Positions 25,230 through 34,914 of a stretch of DNA of 64,000 nucleotides are shown here, one piece after another. The DNA comes from an uncultured Pseudomonadales bacterium. GTDB taxonomy: Bacteria; Patescibacteriota; Microgenomatia; UBA1400; MFAQ01. The translations under genes were made by a program, and so were the position numbers. The notes beneath the pieces were generated by a model. It was given only the letters and a program-made list of their open reading frames with translations, did no database searches and was not told the origin of the DNA. Within the stretch, counting starts at the first letter, position 1, and each line of letters starts with the position of its first letter. The stretch spans positions 487 through 64,486 of the forward strand of contig CAYHNG010000006.1 of assembly GCA_964357975.1 (NCBI GenBank). Direction: 5' to 3'.

Positions 25230-27887
25230 TCAGCCTAGTTTTGGGTAATGGCAGGCTTTCCATTTTTTGCCGCTGCCACACCAGCAAGGATCGTTGCGAC
25301 CTAATTTGGTGGTATTTTTGATAGATTGCCTACCCGCCGCCTGGCCAGGCAAAGACGAAGACATGTCGGTGTCTGAAGATGATTTTTCGATGGTGCGACG
25401 TGGAGTCGGTTGAGGAACGTTTATCTGCACTCTAAAAATCCGATGGGCAACAGTCGAGTCGATCCGAGACAATAAACTTTCGAACATGGAAAAAGATTCT
25501 TGTTTGTATTCCACCAAAGGATCTTTTTGAGCATAACCCCGCAAACCAATGCCATCGCGAAGATTGTCGATGGCGTCAAGATGGTTCATCCAAAGTTCGT
25601 CATAGGTTTCCAAAAGAACATATCTTTCCACTTGAGGTAGAACTTCTTGACCAAAATGTTCTTTTTGAGCCGTTCTGGCTTGAAGAATAATTTTTCCGAG
25701 CATGGTCTGGACTTCCTCGCCGGTTTTTCCGACCAGGTTTTTTTCCAGAGAGTCGGCCGAATGAGGATCGAGGGGAAGAATACTTTGAAAATCTTTTCCG
25801 ATCTGATCTGCCTCGATTTTGTTGATGCCGGAGGCGGCATAGATATTGGCCAGATAATCGATTTCTTTGGCTAGAGCTTGGTCGACTTGAGTGGTAACCA
25901 CCTCCGGTCCGCCGGTTAAAAGATTGTGTCGCCGGGCATAAAAAATTTGACGTTGCTTGTTCATGACATCGTCGTAATCAACCAAATGTTTTCGTTGGTC
26001 AAAATAGAAAGATTCGACTTTGGTTTGAGCAGTTTCGATGGCTTTGGTAACCATACCTGCCTCCAGTGGTTGATCGTCCGGCACTTTGAGAAAATCCATA
26101 AGACGGCTCACCTGATCCCCCCCGAAAATGCGCATGATGTCGTCCTCTAGGGAAATATAAAATCGAGTGGATCCGGGGTCCCCCTGTCGACCGGCGCGGC
26201 CACGTAGCTGATTATCGATACGGCGAGATTCATGACGGACAGCTCCAATGATGTGCAGGCCACCAAGCTCTCTGACGTTGTCGGCCTCCTTCTTCCACTC
26301 TTTGAGCTCTCTGCCTTGCGGGTCTCCACCGAGCATTATATCCACACCGCGACCGGCTATATTGGTGGCCACAGTAACCGCATTCAATCTCCCGGCTTCG
26401 GAAATGATCATCGCTTCGTTCTCGTGGTTCTTGGCGTTAAGGATTTGGTGAGGAATGTGTTTCTTTTTTAGATACTGGCCGACGACATCGTTTTGCTCGA
26501 TGGATTTGGTACCGATAAGAACAGGCTGACCTTTGGCATGAAACTCTGCCACTTCGGCTACCAAAGCTCCGTATTTTGCCCGTTGTGTTTTGTAAATTAT
26601 GTCTGAGTAGTCCTCACGGACATTGGGTTTGTTGGTAGGGATAATCAGAACGTTCAAATTATAAATCTTCTTGAACTCTTCAGCTTCAGTGGCGGCTGTC
26701 CCGGTCATGCCGGAGAGCTTTTTGTAAAGTCTGAAATAGTTCTGGAGAGAAATGGTGGCCATCGTCCTCGATTCTTGCTGTATCTTCACCCCTTCTTTGG
26801 CCTCGATTGCTTGATGAAGTCCGTCGGAATAGCGGCGACCGAACATAAGACGCCCGGTATGGTCATCGACAATAATGACTTGATCGTCTTTAACTACATA
26901 ATCCCGGTCTTTGACAAAGAGAGTTTGGGCTTTGAGAGCTTGTTCCAAGTGGTGTAAGGTCTGATAGTCTTGTTGATACAGATTTTCCACATTGAGAGTT
27001 TTCTCCAGTTTGCGGAGACCGTGATCGGTAAGATTAGCAGTTCGCTGTTTTTCATCGACTTCAAAATCGGTATCAGTTGAAAGATTTCTAATAAGTTCCG
27101 AAAAACGGAAATACTGATCGGTAGCTTCCGAGTCCGGGGCAGAAATAATCAGAGGGGTGCGGGCTTCGTCGATAAGAATCGAGTCGACTTCATCAACAAT
27201 GGCAAAGTGGTGCGGGCGTTGAACAAGTTGCTCCGGAGTCTTCGCCATGTTGTCACGGAGGTAGTCAAAACCAAATTCGTTGTTGGTGCCGTAGGTAATA
27301 TCGCAAGCGTAAGCTTGGGTTCTCGTGACCGGTTTAAGATGGTGAAGCCGGTGATCTGAGTGTGAAGAATCGGTATATTCTCGATCATACATAACCGCCG
27401 GCTGATCACCTTGACCGGAATAAATACAACCAACGGTCAGTCCGAGAAAGTCGTAAATCTGACCCATCCATCCGGCATGAAGCCTGGCAAGATAATCATT
27501 TACAGTCACCAGGTGTGCTCCTTCTCCGGTGAGAGCATTAAGGATCATGGCGGGTACTGCTGACAAAGTTTTGCCTTCACCAGTTTTTTGCTCAGCGATA
27601 TTTCCTTGATGAAAGGCAATGCCGGCGATCAGTTGAACATCATAAGGCCTCAGCCCCAAAGTACGAGAAGAGGCTTCTCTCGTCAGGGCAAAGACTTGTG
27701 GCAAGACGTCGTCCAGAGTTTTTCCCCCTTTCAACTCTTCTCTTATCTGGGCAATTTCCGGCTTGAACTCATCGTCTTTTAGACCTTTGGCCCAGTCTTC
27801 CAGATCGCTAATGGTAGCAACGATTTTTTTGATCTTCTCGATTTCGATTTTGTTAGGATTAAGAATAGAGTCTAGAAATGAAAACAT
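25230..27887 (-). CDS. secA: preprotein translocase ATPase SecA
   Basis: 885 aa with DEAD-like motor motifs and a C-terminal zinc-binding CWCGSGKKWKACH. Confidence 0.95.
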   Translation of the reverse strand: MFSFLDSILNPNKIEIEKIKKIVATISDLEDWAKGLKDDEFKPEIAQIREELKGGKTLDDVLPQVFALTREASSRTLGLRPYDVQLIAGIAFHQGNIAEQKTGEGKTLSAVPAMILNALTGEGAHLVTVNDYLARLHAGWMGQIYDFLGLTVGCIYSGQGDQPAVMYDREYTDSSHSDHRLHHLKPVTRTQAYACDITYGTNNEFGFDYLRDNMAKTPEQLVQRPHHFAIVDEVDSILIDEARTPLIISAPDSEATDQYFRFSELIRNLSTDTDFEVDEKQRTANLTDHGLRKLEKTLNVENLYQQDYQTLHHLEQALKAQTLFVKDRDYVVKDDQVIIVDDHTGRLMFGRRYSDGLHQAIEAKEGVKIQQESRTMATISLQNYFRLYKKLSGMTGTAATEAEEFKKIYNLNVLIIPTNKPNVREDYSDIIYKTQRAKYGALVAEVAEFHAKGQPVLIGTKSIEQNDVVGQYLKKKHIPHQILNAKNHENEAMIISEAGRLNAVTVATNIAGRGVDIMLGGDPQGRELKEWKKEADNVRELGGLHIIGAVRHESRRIDNQLRGRAGRQGDPGSTRFYISLEDDIMRIFGGDQVSRLMDFLKVPDDQPLEAGMVTKAIETAQTKVESFYFDQRKHLVDYDDVMNKQRQIFYARRHNLLTGGPEVVTTQVDQALAKEIDYLANIYAASGINKIEADQIGKDFQSILPLDPHSADSLEKNLVGKTGEEVQTMLGKIILQARTAQKEHFGQEVLPQVERYVLLETYDELWMNHLDAIDNLRDGIGLRGYAQKDPLVEYKQESFSMFESLLSRIDSTVAHRIFRVQINVPQPTPRRTIEKSSSDTDMSSSLPGQAAGRQSIKNTTKLGRNDPCWCGSGKKWKACHYPKLG

Positions 27888-27920
27888 AGCAGATTGATTA
27901 TATAGCTAAATGACCGGATC

Positions 27921-27979
27921 GCCACGCTACGCTCGCGATGACGATATTCAAACGAGGGAAATGATGAGATTGGAGACGG
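27921..27979. repeat. short dispersed repeat, divergent/rearranged copy C (between secA start and the upstream gene)
   Basis: GCCACGCTACGCTCGCGATGACGA followed 20 nt later by GATGAGATTGGAGACGGTGCG, which resembles the 5' block of copies A and B. Confidence 0.35.
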
Positions 27980-28574
27980 TGCGGGCGGTAACAAAGAAAA
28001 AACGAGTGGAGAGAGACCTCATAAAGTTTATGGTCGGGTAATAATGATCGTACCAATGAATCCGATTGACCAAAGTAAAGCGGGAATGATCCTTCAGCTG
28101 TTGCATAAAATCAAGGTTTTCTAATTTATGGGGAATATATTTGCCTTCAAAACAATCGACTAAAATAAGATCATAGTTTTCAGATCTCAGATCTCGGGCA
28201 AAATCCAGAGCGTCGCCGATGATAATCTCCAGATTTTTTACTTTATTAAGACCAAAATACTTTTTTCCAATCTCCACCATAAAGGGGTCGATCTCGACCG
28301 CGGTGATTTTGGCTTTGGGGTAGAGGCGTCTAACCAATAGGGTATTGGATCCCCCTCCGAGTCCTAAAATTAAAATTGTTTGGGGGGTGAAATGCTTAGG
28401 CACTAGCTTCTTGATACCGGTTTTCCAAATATGAGTCAGAATGTCTCCGGATTCGATCAGACCGTCAACGTGCAAGGTGGGTTGGAGAAAGTAGAGGTTG
28501 ATGGAGATATGATGATTGAATTTGGAGTCCGGCAGTTTGATGGTTTGGGGAAAAAATAAATGACGAAAGGACAT
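27948..28574 (-). CDS. spermidine-synthase-like class I SAM-dependent methyltransferase
   Basis: ILILGLGGGS (SAM motif I), acidic motif II ITAVEID, and LILVDCF. Confidence 0.6.
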   Translation of the reverse strand: MSFRHLFFPQTIKLPDSKFNHHISINLYFLQPTLHVDGLIESGDILTHIWKTGIKKLVPKHFTPQTILILGLGGGSNTLLVRRLYPKAKITAVEIDPFMVEIGKKYFGLNKVKNLEIIIGDALDFARDLRSENYDLILVDCFEGKYIPHKLENLDFMQQLKDHSRFTLVNRIHWYDHYYPTINFMRSLSTRFFFVTARTVSNLIISLV

Positions 28575-28575
28575 A

Positions 28576-29625
28576 TTAGTTGAGACCTTGTGTTAATTTA
28601 ATTTCACTGCGAATTTTTCGAGCGAGATCCCCCCAGACTTGATAGTGACGATTGAGCATGAGAGTGGAGACACGAACCGGAGGCAACCCTTTGGTGAGAT
28701 AGGCGGCATCCAAAAGGTCGGCGGCGGCTCGATCTCTTTCCGGGTAAGAATCGGTACCGGAGACAATGGCCACAACACCGGTTTGATCTCTGACAGCGGT
28801 AACGATGGTAGAATAGCCGGCATCTTCCGTATAGGCTATCTTTAAGCCATCAACGCCGGGATAAACACCCAACAGACCATTCCAGTTGGGAAGATAATAC
28901 TTGCCGTGAGTGGCGGTTTGCACAATATCCTGATTGTCCGCTTTACCGGCCGAAACAATATCCGGGTAATTTTTTTGTACATTATGAATGAGCTTGGCAA
29001 TATCCGACAAAGTTGAGTACTGATTTTGATCATCCAATCCATCGGGGTTCGTGAAATGAGAATGAGTCATACCGAGCAGTTCGGCTTTTCGATTCATATA
29101 GTAGATGAACTCCGAAGGATAAATACCGGTTAAGGACGCGGCACCGTCCGACAAGGCTTGAGCCGCGTCGTTGGCACTGGTGGCAATGGCTCCCCGCAAT
29201 AGTTCGGAGGCCGGCAGAATTTCCCCGACCTTTAAACCTAAGATCGTAGGCACCTTATCCACTGCCTTCTCCGAAACCGTAATCTCTCGATCTAGAGAGA
29301 TAAGGTCGAGGGCCACTTGGGCCGTCAAAAGTTTGGTGAACGAGGCGGGTGACATTTTGAGACCGGCACCTTTGCTGTAATAGACCAGACCGGTTTCGGA
29401 GTTATAAACTATGTAACGAGGAACACTCGCCAAGGTCGAAAGCTCTTTGGCTTTGGTGAAGTCCAAGTTGAACTGGCTGACTTTCTTAGAAATTTTTTCT
29501 GTCTGATCTCGGCCTGCGAATAAGGGTGAGATAAGGGCCAAAGAATCTCGGTGAAAAAACACATAAGAAGCTACTCCACCGGTCACGAAGACCAGCAGTA
29601 AAATGATCAGTATTTTCTTAGCCAC
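28576..29625 (-). CDS. D-alanyl-D-alanine carboxypeptidase (S11/PBP5-like)
   Basis: N-terminal TM/signal helix. Motifs SFTK (SxxK), SANDAA (SxN) and KIAYTE-like triad. Confidence 0.75.
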   Translation of the reverse strand: MAKKILIILLLVFVTGGVASYVFFHRDSLALISPLFAGRDQTEKISKKVSQFNLDFTKAKELSTLASVPRYIVYNSETGLVYYSKGAGLKMSPASFTKLLTAQVALDLISLDREITVSEKAVDKVPTILGLKVGEILPASELLRGAIATSANDAAQALSDGAASLTGIYPSEFIYYMNRKAELLGMTHSHFTNPDGLDDQNQYSTLSDIAKLIHNVQKNYPDIVSAGKADNQDIVQTATHGKYYLPNWNGLLGVYPGVDGLKIAYTEDAGYSTIVTAVRDQTGVVAIVSGTDSYPERDRAAADLLDAAYLTKGLPPVRVSTLMLNRHYQVWGDLARKIRSEIKLTQGLN

Positions 29626-30892
29626 GTTTGATGATATCCTTCCCCATGTAGGGAACTAAAACTGCGGGTATTTTGATAGAACCGTCCGCTTGCTGATAAT
29701 TTTCCAGGATAGCCACTAACCAGCGGGGTGAGTTGCTCGCCGTGTTGTTGAGCATATGAACATACTTCATTTCGTTTTGGCTATCGCGATAGCGAATGTT
29801 GGCGCGGCGGGACTGGAAGTCCGTCATGATCGAGTCGGAAGCCAGCTCTCCCCAGTTATTCCGACCCGGCATCCAAGATTCAAGATCATATTTCTTGGCT
29901 TGTGGTTCGCCCATATCGCCGGTGCACATCAGAAGAATCCGATAAGGTAAGCCAAGCTCTTGGGCAATCTCTTCGGTGTAGCTCAGCATCTCTTCGTGAA
30001 GTCTGCGGGATTCGTCCAGATCGTTCTTGCACAATACGACCTGTTCGGTCTTGACGAACTCGTGAACGCGATAAACCCCTTTGGTATCTTTGCCATAGCT
30101 GCCGGATTCTTTGCGGAAGCAAGGAGAGAAACCAATCATCTTTATAGGTAGATCTTTTTCGCTTAAAACTTCATCCTGATAGTAGGAAACCAGAGGAACT
30201 TCGGCGGTACCGGTGATAAAAGATTCTTCTTCCCCTTCGGTGGTTTCGAGTTTGTAAACTTCTTTTTCTCCCCAAGGGAAATGACCGGAGTTGACAAAAC
30301 CACGTCTTTTGAGAATGACGGGGGGGACAACGGGAGTGTAACCTTTGGCAATAAATTTCTGGAGGGTGTAGTGCATGAGCGCAAATTGGAGCATCACGGC
30401 GTCCCCCTTGAGAAAATATCCTCTAAATCCGGCGACTTTGGAGCCCCTGTCAAAATCGATAATATCCAGATTCTGAGCAAGCTCGACGTGAGACTTCGGG
30501 GAGAAATCAAATTGAGGAAGATTGCCCCAGGTTTTGACTACTTTGTTTCCGGTTTCGTCTTGGCCCACCGGAACCTCGTCCAAAGGGACATTGGGAATTT
30601 GATGTAAAAGACTTTCAAGATTTTCTTCAACTTGGCGGAGTTGTGGTTCCAAATCCTGGAGTTGAGTTTTTAGTTCGGACGTTTTTTTCATCAAATCTTC
30701 CGTTCGAGCCACCTTGAGTTGTTCGTTGAGCTTATTTCGCTCCGAACGAATACCTTCGATATTAATGATTAAACGACGTCGATCGATATCTAAACCAATG
30801 GCCTTGTCGACGGCGTCGGCGTTACGATTTTTGTTTTTGGCTGCCTGCTTGACCTTGTCCGCATTTTCGCGAAGATAGTTGATGTCTAACAT
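29618..30892 (-). CDS. serS: seryl-tRNA synthetase
   Basis: 424 aa with an N-terminal coiled-coil arm and a class II catalytic core (FRKESGSYGKDTKGVYRVHEF...). Confidence 0.9.
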   Translation of the reverse strand: MLDINYLRENADKVKQAAKNKNRNADAVDKAIGLDIDRRRLIINIEGIRSERNKLNEQLKVARTEDLMKKTSELKTQLQDLEPQLRQVEENLESLLHQIPNVPLDEVPVGQDETGNKVVKTWGNLPQFDFSPKSHVELAQNLDIIDFDRGSKVAGFRGYFLKGDAVMLQFALMHYTLQKFIAKGYTPVVPPVILKRRGFVNSGHFPWGEKEVYKLETTEGEEESFITGTAEVPLVSYYQDEVLSEKDLPIKMIGFSPCFRKESGSYGKDTKGVYRVHEFVKTEQVVLCKNDLDESRRLHEEMLSYTEEIAQELGLPYRILLMCTGDMGEPQAKKYDLESWMPGRNNWGELASDSIMTDFQSRRANIRYRDSQNEMKYVHMLNNTASNSPRWLVAILENYQQADGSIKIPAVLVPYMGKDIIKRG

Positions 30893-30936
30893 ATTAGTTA
30901 ATTATTGTTTATTAATTTAATAATATCCTTAAATAC

Positions 30937-31010
30937 ACAAAAAACACGCAAATAATTGCGCGTTACGGTCCCGACAATCGGGAAGATGCCACCTTAACAA
31001 TACTTAATTT
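30937..31010 (-). promoter_or_regulatory. probable T-box riboswitch core (T-box sequence + terminator) in the serS leader
   Basis: Minus-strand RNA reads AAUUAAGUAUUGUUAAGGUGGCAUCUUCCCGAUUGUCGGGACCGU-AACGCGCAA-UUAU-UUGCGUGUU-UUUU. GUUAAGGUGGCAUC matches T-box AUUAGGGUGGNACC at 11 of 14, with UGGC (N=C) matching the tRNA-Ser G73 discriminator. A 9-bp terminator hairpin plus U-run lies about 45 nt before the serS ATG. Confidence 0.45.
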
Positions 31011-31127
31011 AGCAGTTACGGGCTGACCCGGTCAGGTTTTTCACCCCTGACAGCCTGCCCCGCTTTGGCGAGGGCTTGATGGTTGGAGGCCATCTCAAAT
31101 GCTTTGTGGATAGATTGTAGCAAATTT

Positions 31128-31715
31128 CTAGAGACCGAGAGTCTCAGCCACCCTTTGCATGGAAGTGAGGCAGATGTCGATAAATTTTTCGAGTGGCAAA
31201 TTGAGACCTTCAGGTTTCTCGCACATGGCTACTTCGTCCCGGCGGGTGCCGGCGGCGAACTTGGGCTCTTTGAGAAAACGCTTGAGGACGGAGCTGACTT
31301 TGACGTCGGCTAGTTTCCGGCTGGGGTAAACGTAGGCGACGGCCATAATGAGACCGGTCAGTGAATCGGCGCAAAAAATAGACCAATCTGCCTTGTTATT
31401 CGGCTTGATTCCAGTGAGTTCGGGGGCGTGGGCGAGGACAAGATGATGAACCGAGTCGGAAAGGTCCAAACCATATTTAGCGAGAGCTTCTTTGGTGTGA
31501 GAAGGGTGGCCTGCTTTGAAGGGTTCGGAGTAGTCGATGTCGTGAATCAGTCCGGCCAAGAGCCAATCTTCTTTGGATGGCTCGTCTGTAGAGAGTAGGT
31601 TGTTCTCGAAGAAATAATCGTAAAGACCACCCATACAGGCTTGAAGGGCAAGCGAGTGGGTAAAAATCTTGTCGTCTAACTGAGTTTTGACTGCCTCAAA
31701 GTATTCTTGGTTCAT
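31128..31715 (-). CDS. HD-domain phosphohydrolase
   Basis: H...HD metal-binding pattern (THSLALQ ... LLAGLIHDID) and a downstream D. Confidence 0.6.
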   Translation of the reverse strand: MNQEYFEAVKTQLDDKIFTHSLALQACMGGLYDYFFENNLLSTDEPSKEDWLLAGLIHDIDYSEPFKAGHPSHTKEALAKYGLDLSDSVHHLVLAHAPELTGIKPNNKADWSIFCADSLTGLIMAVAYVYPSRKLADVKVSSVLKRFLKEPKFAAGTRRDEVAMCEKPEGLNLPLEKFIDICLTSMQRVAETLGL

Positions 31716-31726
31716 CAGGTATTATA

Positions 31727-31752
31727 CAAAAATGCCCCACATGAGTGGGGCA
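31727..31752 (-). terminator. rho-independent terminator of the small gene 31758-31940
   Basis: The minus-strand RNA forms GCCCCAC-UCAU-GUGGGGC followed by AUUUUU. Confidence 0.55.
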
Positions 31753-31757
31753 AGGTG

Positions 31758-31940
31758 CTACCTGGCCATGAAGTAACGGTTAAAGAAGTGTACCCCCACG
31801 AAGAGACCGCCGATGATGGCCAGAATTGGCCCGATGGACGGCACAAACAAGTAACCATACGCTGAGGCTAAAAATAAACCAATAGCGACACATAACAAGG
31901 CGTTCTTGAGAACAAAATTACCAACTTTTTTCATGTACAA
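31758..31940 (-). CDS. small two-TM membrane protein (60 aa)
   Basis: AAAGGAGA RBS, two hydrophobic helices and its own terminator. Confidence 0.5.
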   Translation of the reverse strand: MYMKKVGNFVLKNALLCVAIGLFLASAYGYLFVPSIGPILAIIGGLFVGVHFFNRYFMAR

Positions 31941-32009
31941 ATCTCCTTTTTGAGAGTTATATGGGTTATTATAACATACAGTGTCAAGCGATGATTTATA
32001 CTGGTAGAT

Positions 32010-33770
32010 ATGAAGAAACTAACAATATTGCTGGCAATCGCTTTGTTCTTTTCTCAAGTGCCCGTCCTCATGGCTCAGGAACCGACCGAAGAAGCTATTA
32101 CTCGTTTTGATTCCGTGATGGATATTAATCAGGATACTTCTTTGTCTATTTCCGAAAAAATTGAGTACTTCACTCCGGTAGAAAAACATGGAATTTATCG
32201 CTATATTCCCGAGAAATACAGACGGGAAGGGCTAGTTTACACCAATCCAATTTCCGAAATTTCCGTAACCGATACCGAAGGGGAAACGATGCCTTTTTCC
32301 ACTACGAGGGAGAAGGGAAACTTGACCTTAAAGATTGGGGACCCGGATAAAACGTTTGCCGGAAGACGTATTTACAACATTTCCTACAAAGTCGGCCACG
32401 CCATTCTAAGGCAAAAAGATTTCGACGAACTTTATTGGGATATTACCGGAGAGGGCTGGCAGTTTCCGGTGCTGTCATCGACCGTGACAATCAGATCCCC
32501 TTTTGCCGCCGGCGGGGAAACAATCTGTTTTGTTGGGCCGGTGGGAAGCGTCTCTTCGGACTGCACCATAAGCCAAAAAGACAAACTAATTAAAGTGGAG
32601 ACCAGGGAAGAGATAAATTATGGTGACAATTTTACCGTGGCCGTGAAACTGAACCAACAAAATAGTTTGATATTCCCTACCGCATCCGAAAAGCTGATCG
32701 ACTTAATAAAAAATAATCTGTTCCTGGCTCTGACGGTTGTACCTGGTCTGCTGATGTTTTTTGTTTGGTATAAGAAGGGTAGAGATTTTCGCTTTGTGTC
32801 CCCCAATGTATTCAACCTGGACACTGATCAGCCTAAAGGACTGAGGCCCTTATTCGAACCGATAAATACTCCGATGGTTTATGAACCTTTTAAGGATCTG
32901 ACTCCGGGAGAAGCCGGAGCCATGCTGGATGAAAAAGTAGACAATCAAGACGTAGTGGCCGAAATCATTGATCTCGCTCGAAAGAAATACTTAGGGATTG
33001 AGAAGGTAGAGAAGAAGGGTTTTTTGAAGTTTGGACACGATTACTTGCTAACTAAATTTAAAGATGGTCCGGGCGATTTGCCACCACAGCAGGAATATCT
33101 GATGAAGCATATTTTTGATTCCAAATCTTCAGTAAATCTCAGCGAGCTGAAAGGTACCTTTTATATCCACATGACTAAAGTAAAGGAAACAATCAACGAA
33201 AGATTGAAAGAAAGAAAACTATTTACCGCCAACCCCAATAATACACGTGGTTTGTGGATGTTTCTGGCGATCTGTGTGTCCGGTTTGACCTTTGCTCTCA
33301 CCATTGGGTCCATCGGTTTTTTGCATGAGGGATGGCCAGTGATGGTCTTGTTGGTCTCCACCATAATCGCTACTTGGTTTGCCTGGAATATGCCCCAAAA
33401 GACGGCAGTTGGCACCAACCTGGCTCTGCAGGTAAAGGGACTCAAGGAGACAATTCGACTCGGAAAATGGAGGGAGGAGATAAAAGAGAAACATCTCTTT
33501 ATCGAGGAAGTACTCCCCTTTGCAATTGCTCTTGGTGTAATTGGAAAATTGACAAAGGATATGGCCGTATTAAATATCAAACCACCAAAATACTTAGATG
33601 GTGGAATGGGAATGAATAACCTTGCCTGGTCCGGCTTTGTATCCGACTTCAGCCATACGGCGGCAAGTGGGCTTTCGTACAACCCCTCGTCTTCATCATC
33701 AGGAGGATCCGGATTTTCCGGAGGATCATCGGGAGGTGGCGGTGGTGGAGGTGGTGGCGGAAGCTGGTAA
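32010..33770 (+). CDS. DUF2207-family membrane protein with C-terminal poly-Gly tail
   Basis: 586 aa: signal peptide, large extracytoplasmic domain, central TM helices, and a C-terminus SSSSSGGSGFSGGSSGGGGGGGGGGSW typical of DUF2207. Confidence 0.65.
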   Translation: MKKLTILLAIALFFSQVPVLMAQEPTEEAITRFDSVMDINQDTSLSISEKIEYFTPVEKHGIYRYIPEKYRREGLVYTNPISEISVTDTEGETMPFSTTREKGNLTLKIGDPDKTFAGRRIYNISYKVGHAILRQKDFDELYWDITGEGWQFPVLSSTVTIRSPFAAGGETICFVGPVGSVSSDCTISQKDKLIKVETREEINYGDNFTVAVKLNQQNSLIFPTASEKLIDLIKNNLFLALTVVPGLLMFFVWYKKGRDFRFVSPNVFNLDTDQPKGLRPLFEPINTPMVYEPFKDLTPGEAGAMLDEKVDNQDVVAEIIDLARKKYLGIEKVEKKGFLKFGHDYLLTKFKDGPGDLPPQQEYLMKHIFDSKSSVNLSELKGTFYIHMTKVKETINERLKERKLFTANPNNTRGLWMFLAICVSGLTFALTIGSIGFLHEGWPVMVLLVSTIIATWFAWNMPQKTAVGTNLALQVKGLKETIRLGKWREEIKEKHLFIEEVLPFAIALGVIGKLTKDMAVLNIKPPKYLDGGMGMNNLAWSGFVSDFSHTAASGLSYNPSSSSSGGSGFSGGSSGGGGGGGGGGSW

Positions 33771-33774
33771 GGGA

Positions 33775-34248
33775 TTACTTAACCGACTTGACGACGTAAG
33801 TAACCTTACCGGCAGGAGCTTCAACTTCGACGTGGTCACCGGTCTTTTTACCGAGTAGTGCTTTGCCTAGTGGTGATTCGTGTGAAATTTTCTTAGCGGC
33901 CGGATCGGCTTCCCATTCGCCGACAATAGAGAATTCGTGCTGGCTTCCGTTGATAGTAACCATGACAACACTACCAATACCGACTTCTTCTTCGCCTGTC
34001 TTTTTGATGTCGACGACGTTGACACGGGTAATAATATCTTTGAGCTCTTCAATGCGACCTTCGAGAGCGGCTAAATCTTCTCTGGAGGAGTGATATTCGG
34101 CGTTTTCGGAGAGATCACCAAATTCGCGGGCTTTAGCCACGCGTTCAATGGCCTCAGGAAGACCGGATGTTTCTAGTTGTTTGAGTTCATCTACCAGCTG
34201 GCGGTAGCCAAGTGGGGTCATTTGAACTCTGGGTGTGTTTTGGGCCAT
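33775..34248 (-). CDS. greA: transcription elongation factor GreA
   Basis: 157 aa with an N-terminal coiled coil containing GDLSENAEY and a C-terminal FKBP-like domain. Confidence 0.9.
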   Translation of the reverse strand: MAQNTPRVQMTPLGYRQLVDELKQLETSGLPEAIERVAKAREFGDLSENAEYHSSREDLAALEGRIEELKDIITRVNVVDIKKTGEEEVGIGSVVMVTINGSQHEFSIVGEWEADPAAKKISHESPLGKALLGKKTGDHVEVEAPAGKVTYVVKSVK

Positions 34249-34449
34249 ATTAGTTTGTAATTACAATAGTTGTTTCAATATAAAGGTTGTGGCTGGGATG
34301 TCAAGACACAAAGAAGGTAAAAAAATACCAGCTCCCTGTGACGTCCAGGATTCAGCTGGGCACCTACACTCTATATATGTAGGAGTATTCTAGTTCAGAT
34401 TGCCAGATTTGTCAAGTCACCACTGTCTTATAGGGCTAATTTTAGGCTC

Positions 34450-34475
34450 AAATAAAACCCGCTCGAGAGAGCGGG
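34450..34475 (-). terminator. rho-independent terminator for gene 34483-34734
   Basis: The minus-strand RNA forms CCCGCUC-UCUC-GAGCGGG followed by UUUUAUUU. Confidence 0.55.
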
Positions 34476-34482
34476 TGGAAAT

Positions 34483-34734
34483 TTAAGCTTCCTTCATCGG
34501 AGGAGGTGCGTCGGTGGTGTCCTCTCTTCGCTGGCCGTACTGGGCGTAGGAAACCGACGATGAGACAAAAAACAGAATGTAGAAAAGAACCGGGAAGAAG
34601 ATTGGGGTGCTAGGCACAACAATCTGAATTACCAAAAAGATGATTGACCCAAGCCCAAACCCAACGGCCCAAAGTGGTGCCAGACCATAGGTGAGAGAAA
34701 TCAACAACCAGATTACAAGATTAATTAGCTTCAT
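34483..34734 (-). CDS. small membrane protein (83 aa)
   Basis: Two TM helices and a terminator downstream. Confidence 0.45.
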   Translation of the reverse strand: MKLINLVIWLLISLTYGLAPLWAVGFGLGSIIFLVIQIVVPSTPIFFPVLFYILFFVSSSVSYAQYGQRREDTTDAPPPMKEA

Positions 34735-34836
34735 GAGCGCCTCCTGAAAATTTAAATTTGCTTGGTCTGAATTATACAGCTATAAGGTATGTCTGTTTAC
34801 GAGGCTAAAGTTTGATAAAATAGGGCGTGGTTAGAT

Positions 34837-34910
34837 GGCCCCGTCGTCTAGCGGTCCAGGACATTTGGTTCTCATCCAAAAGATCGCGGGTTCGATTCCC
34901 GCCGGGGTCA
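34837..34910 (+). tRNA. tRNA-Glu (anticodon CTC)
   Basis: Manual cloverleaf: acceptor GGCCCCG/CGGGGTC, D-arm GTCT-AGCGGTCCA-GGAC, anticodon arm TTTGG-TTCTCAT-CCAAA (anticodon CTC), T-arm GCGGG-TTCGATT-CCCGC, discriminator A. 74 nt; CCA not encoded. Confidence 0.8.
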
Positions 34911-34914
34911 CAGC

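Noticed and set aside
8642-27979. CRISPR array interpretation of the repeated approximately 45-bp motif
   Set aside because: Copies are kilobases apart, differ in length and sequence, and are not separated by regular spacers; no cas genes were seen. They were treated as dispersed REP/MITE-like repeats instead.
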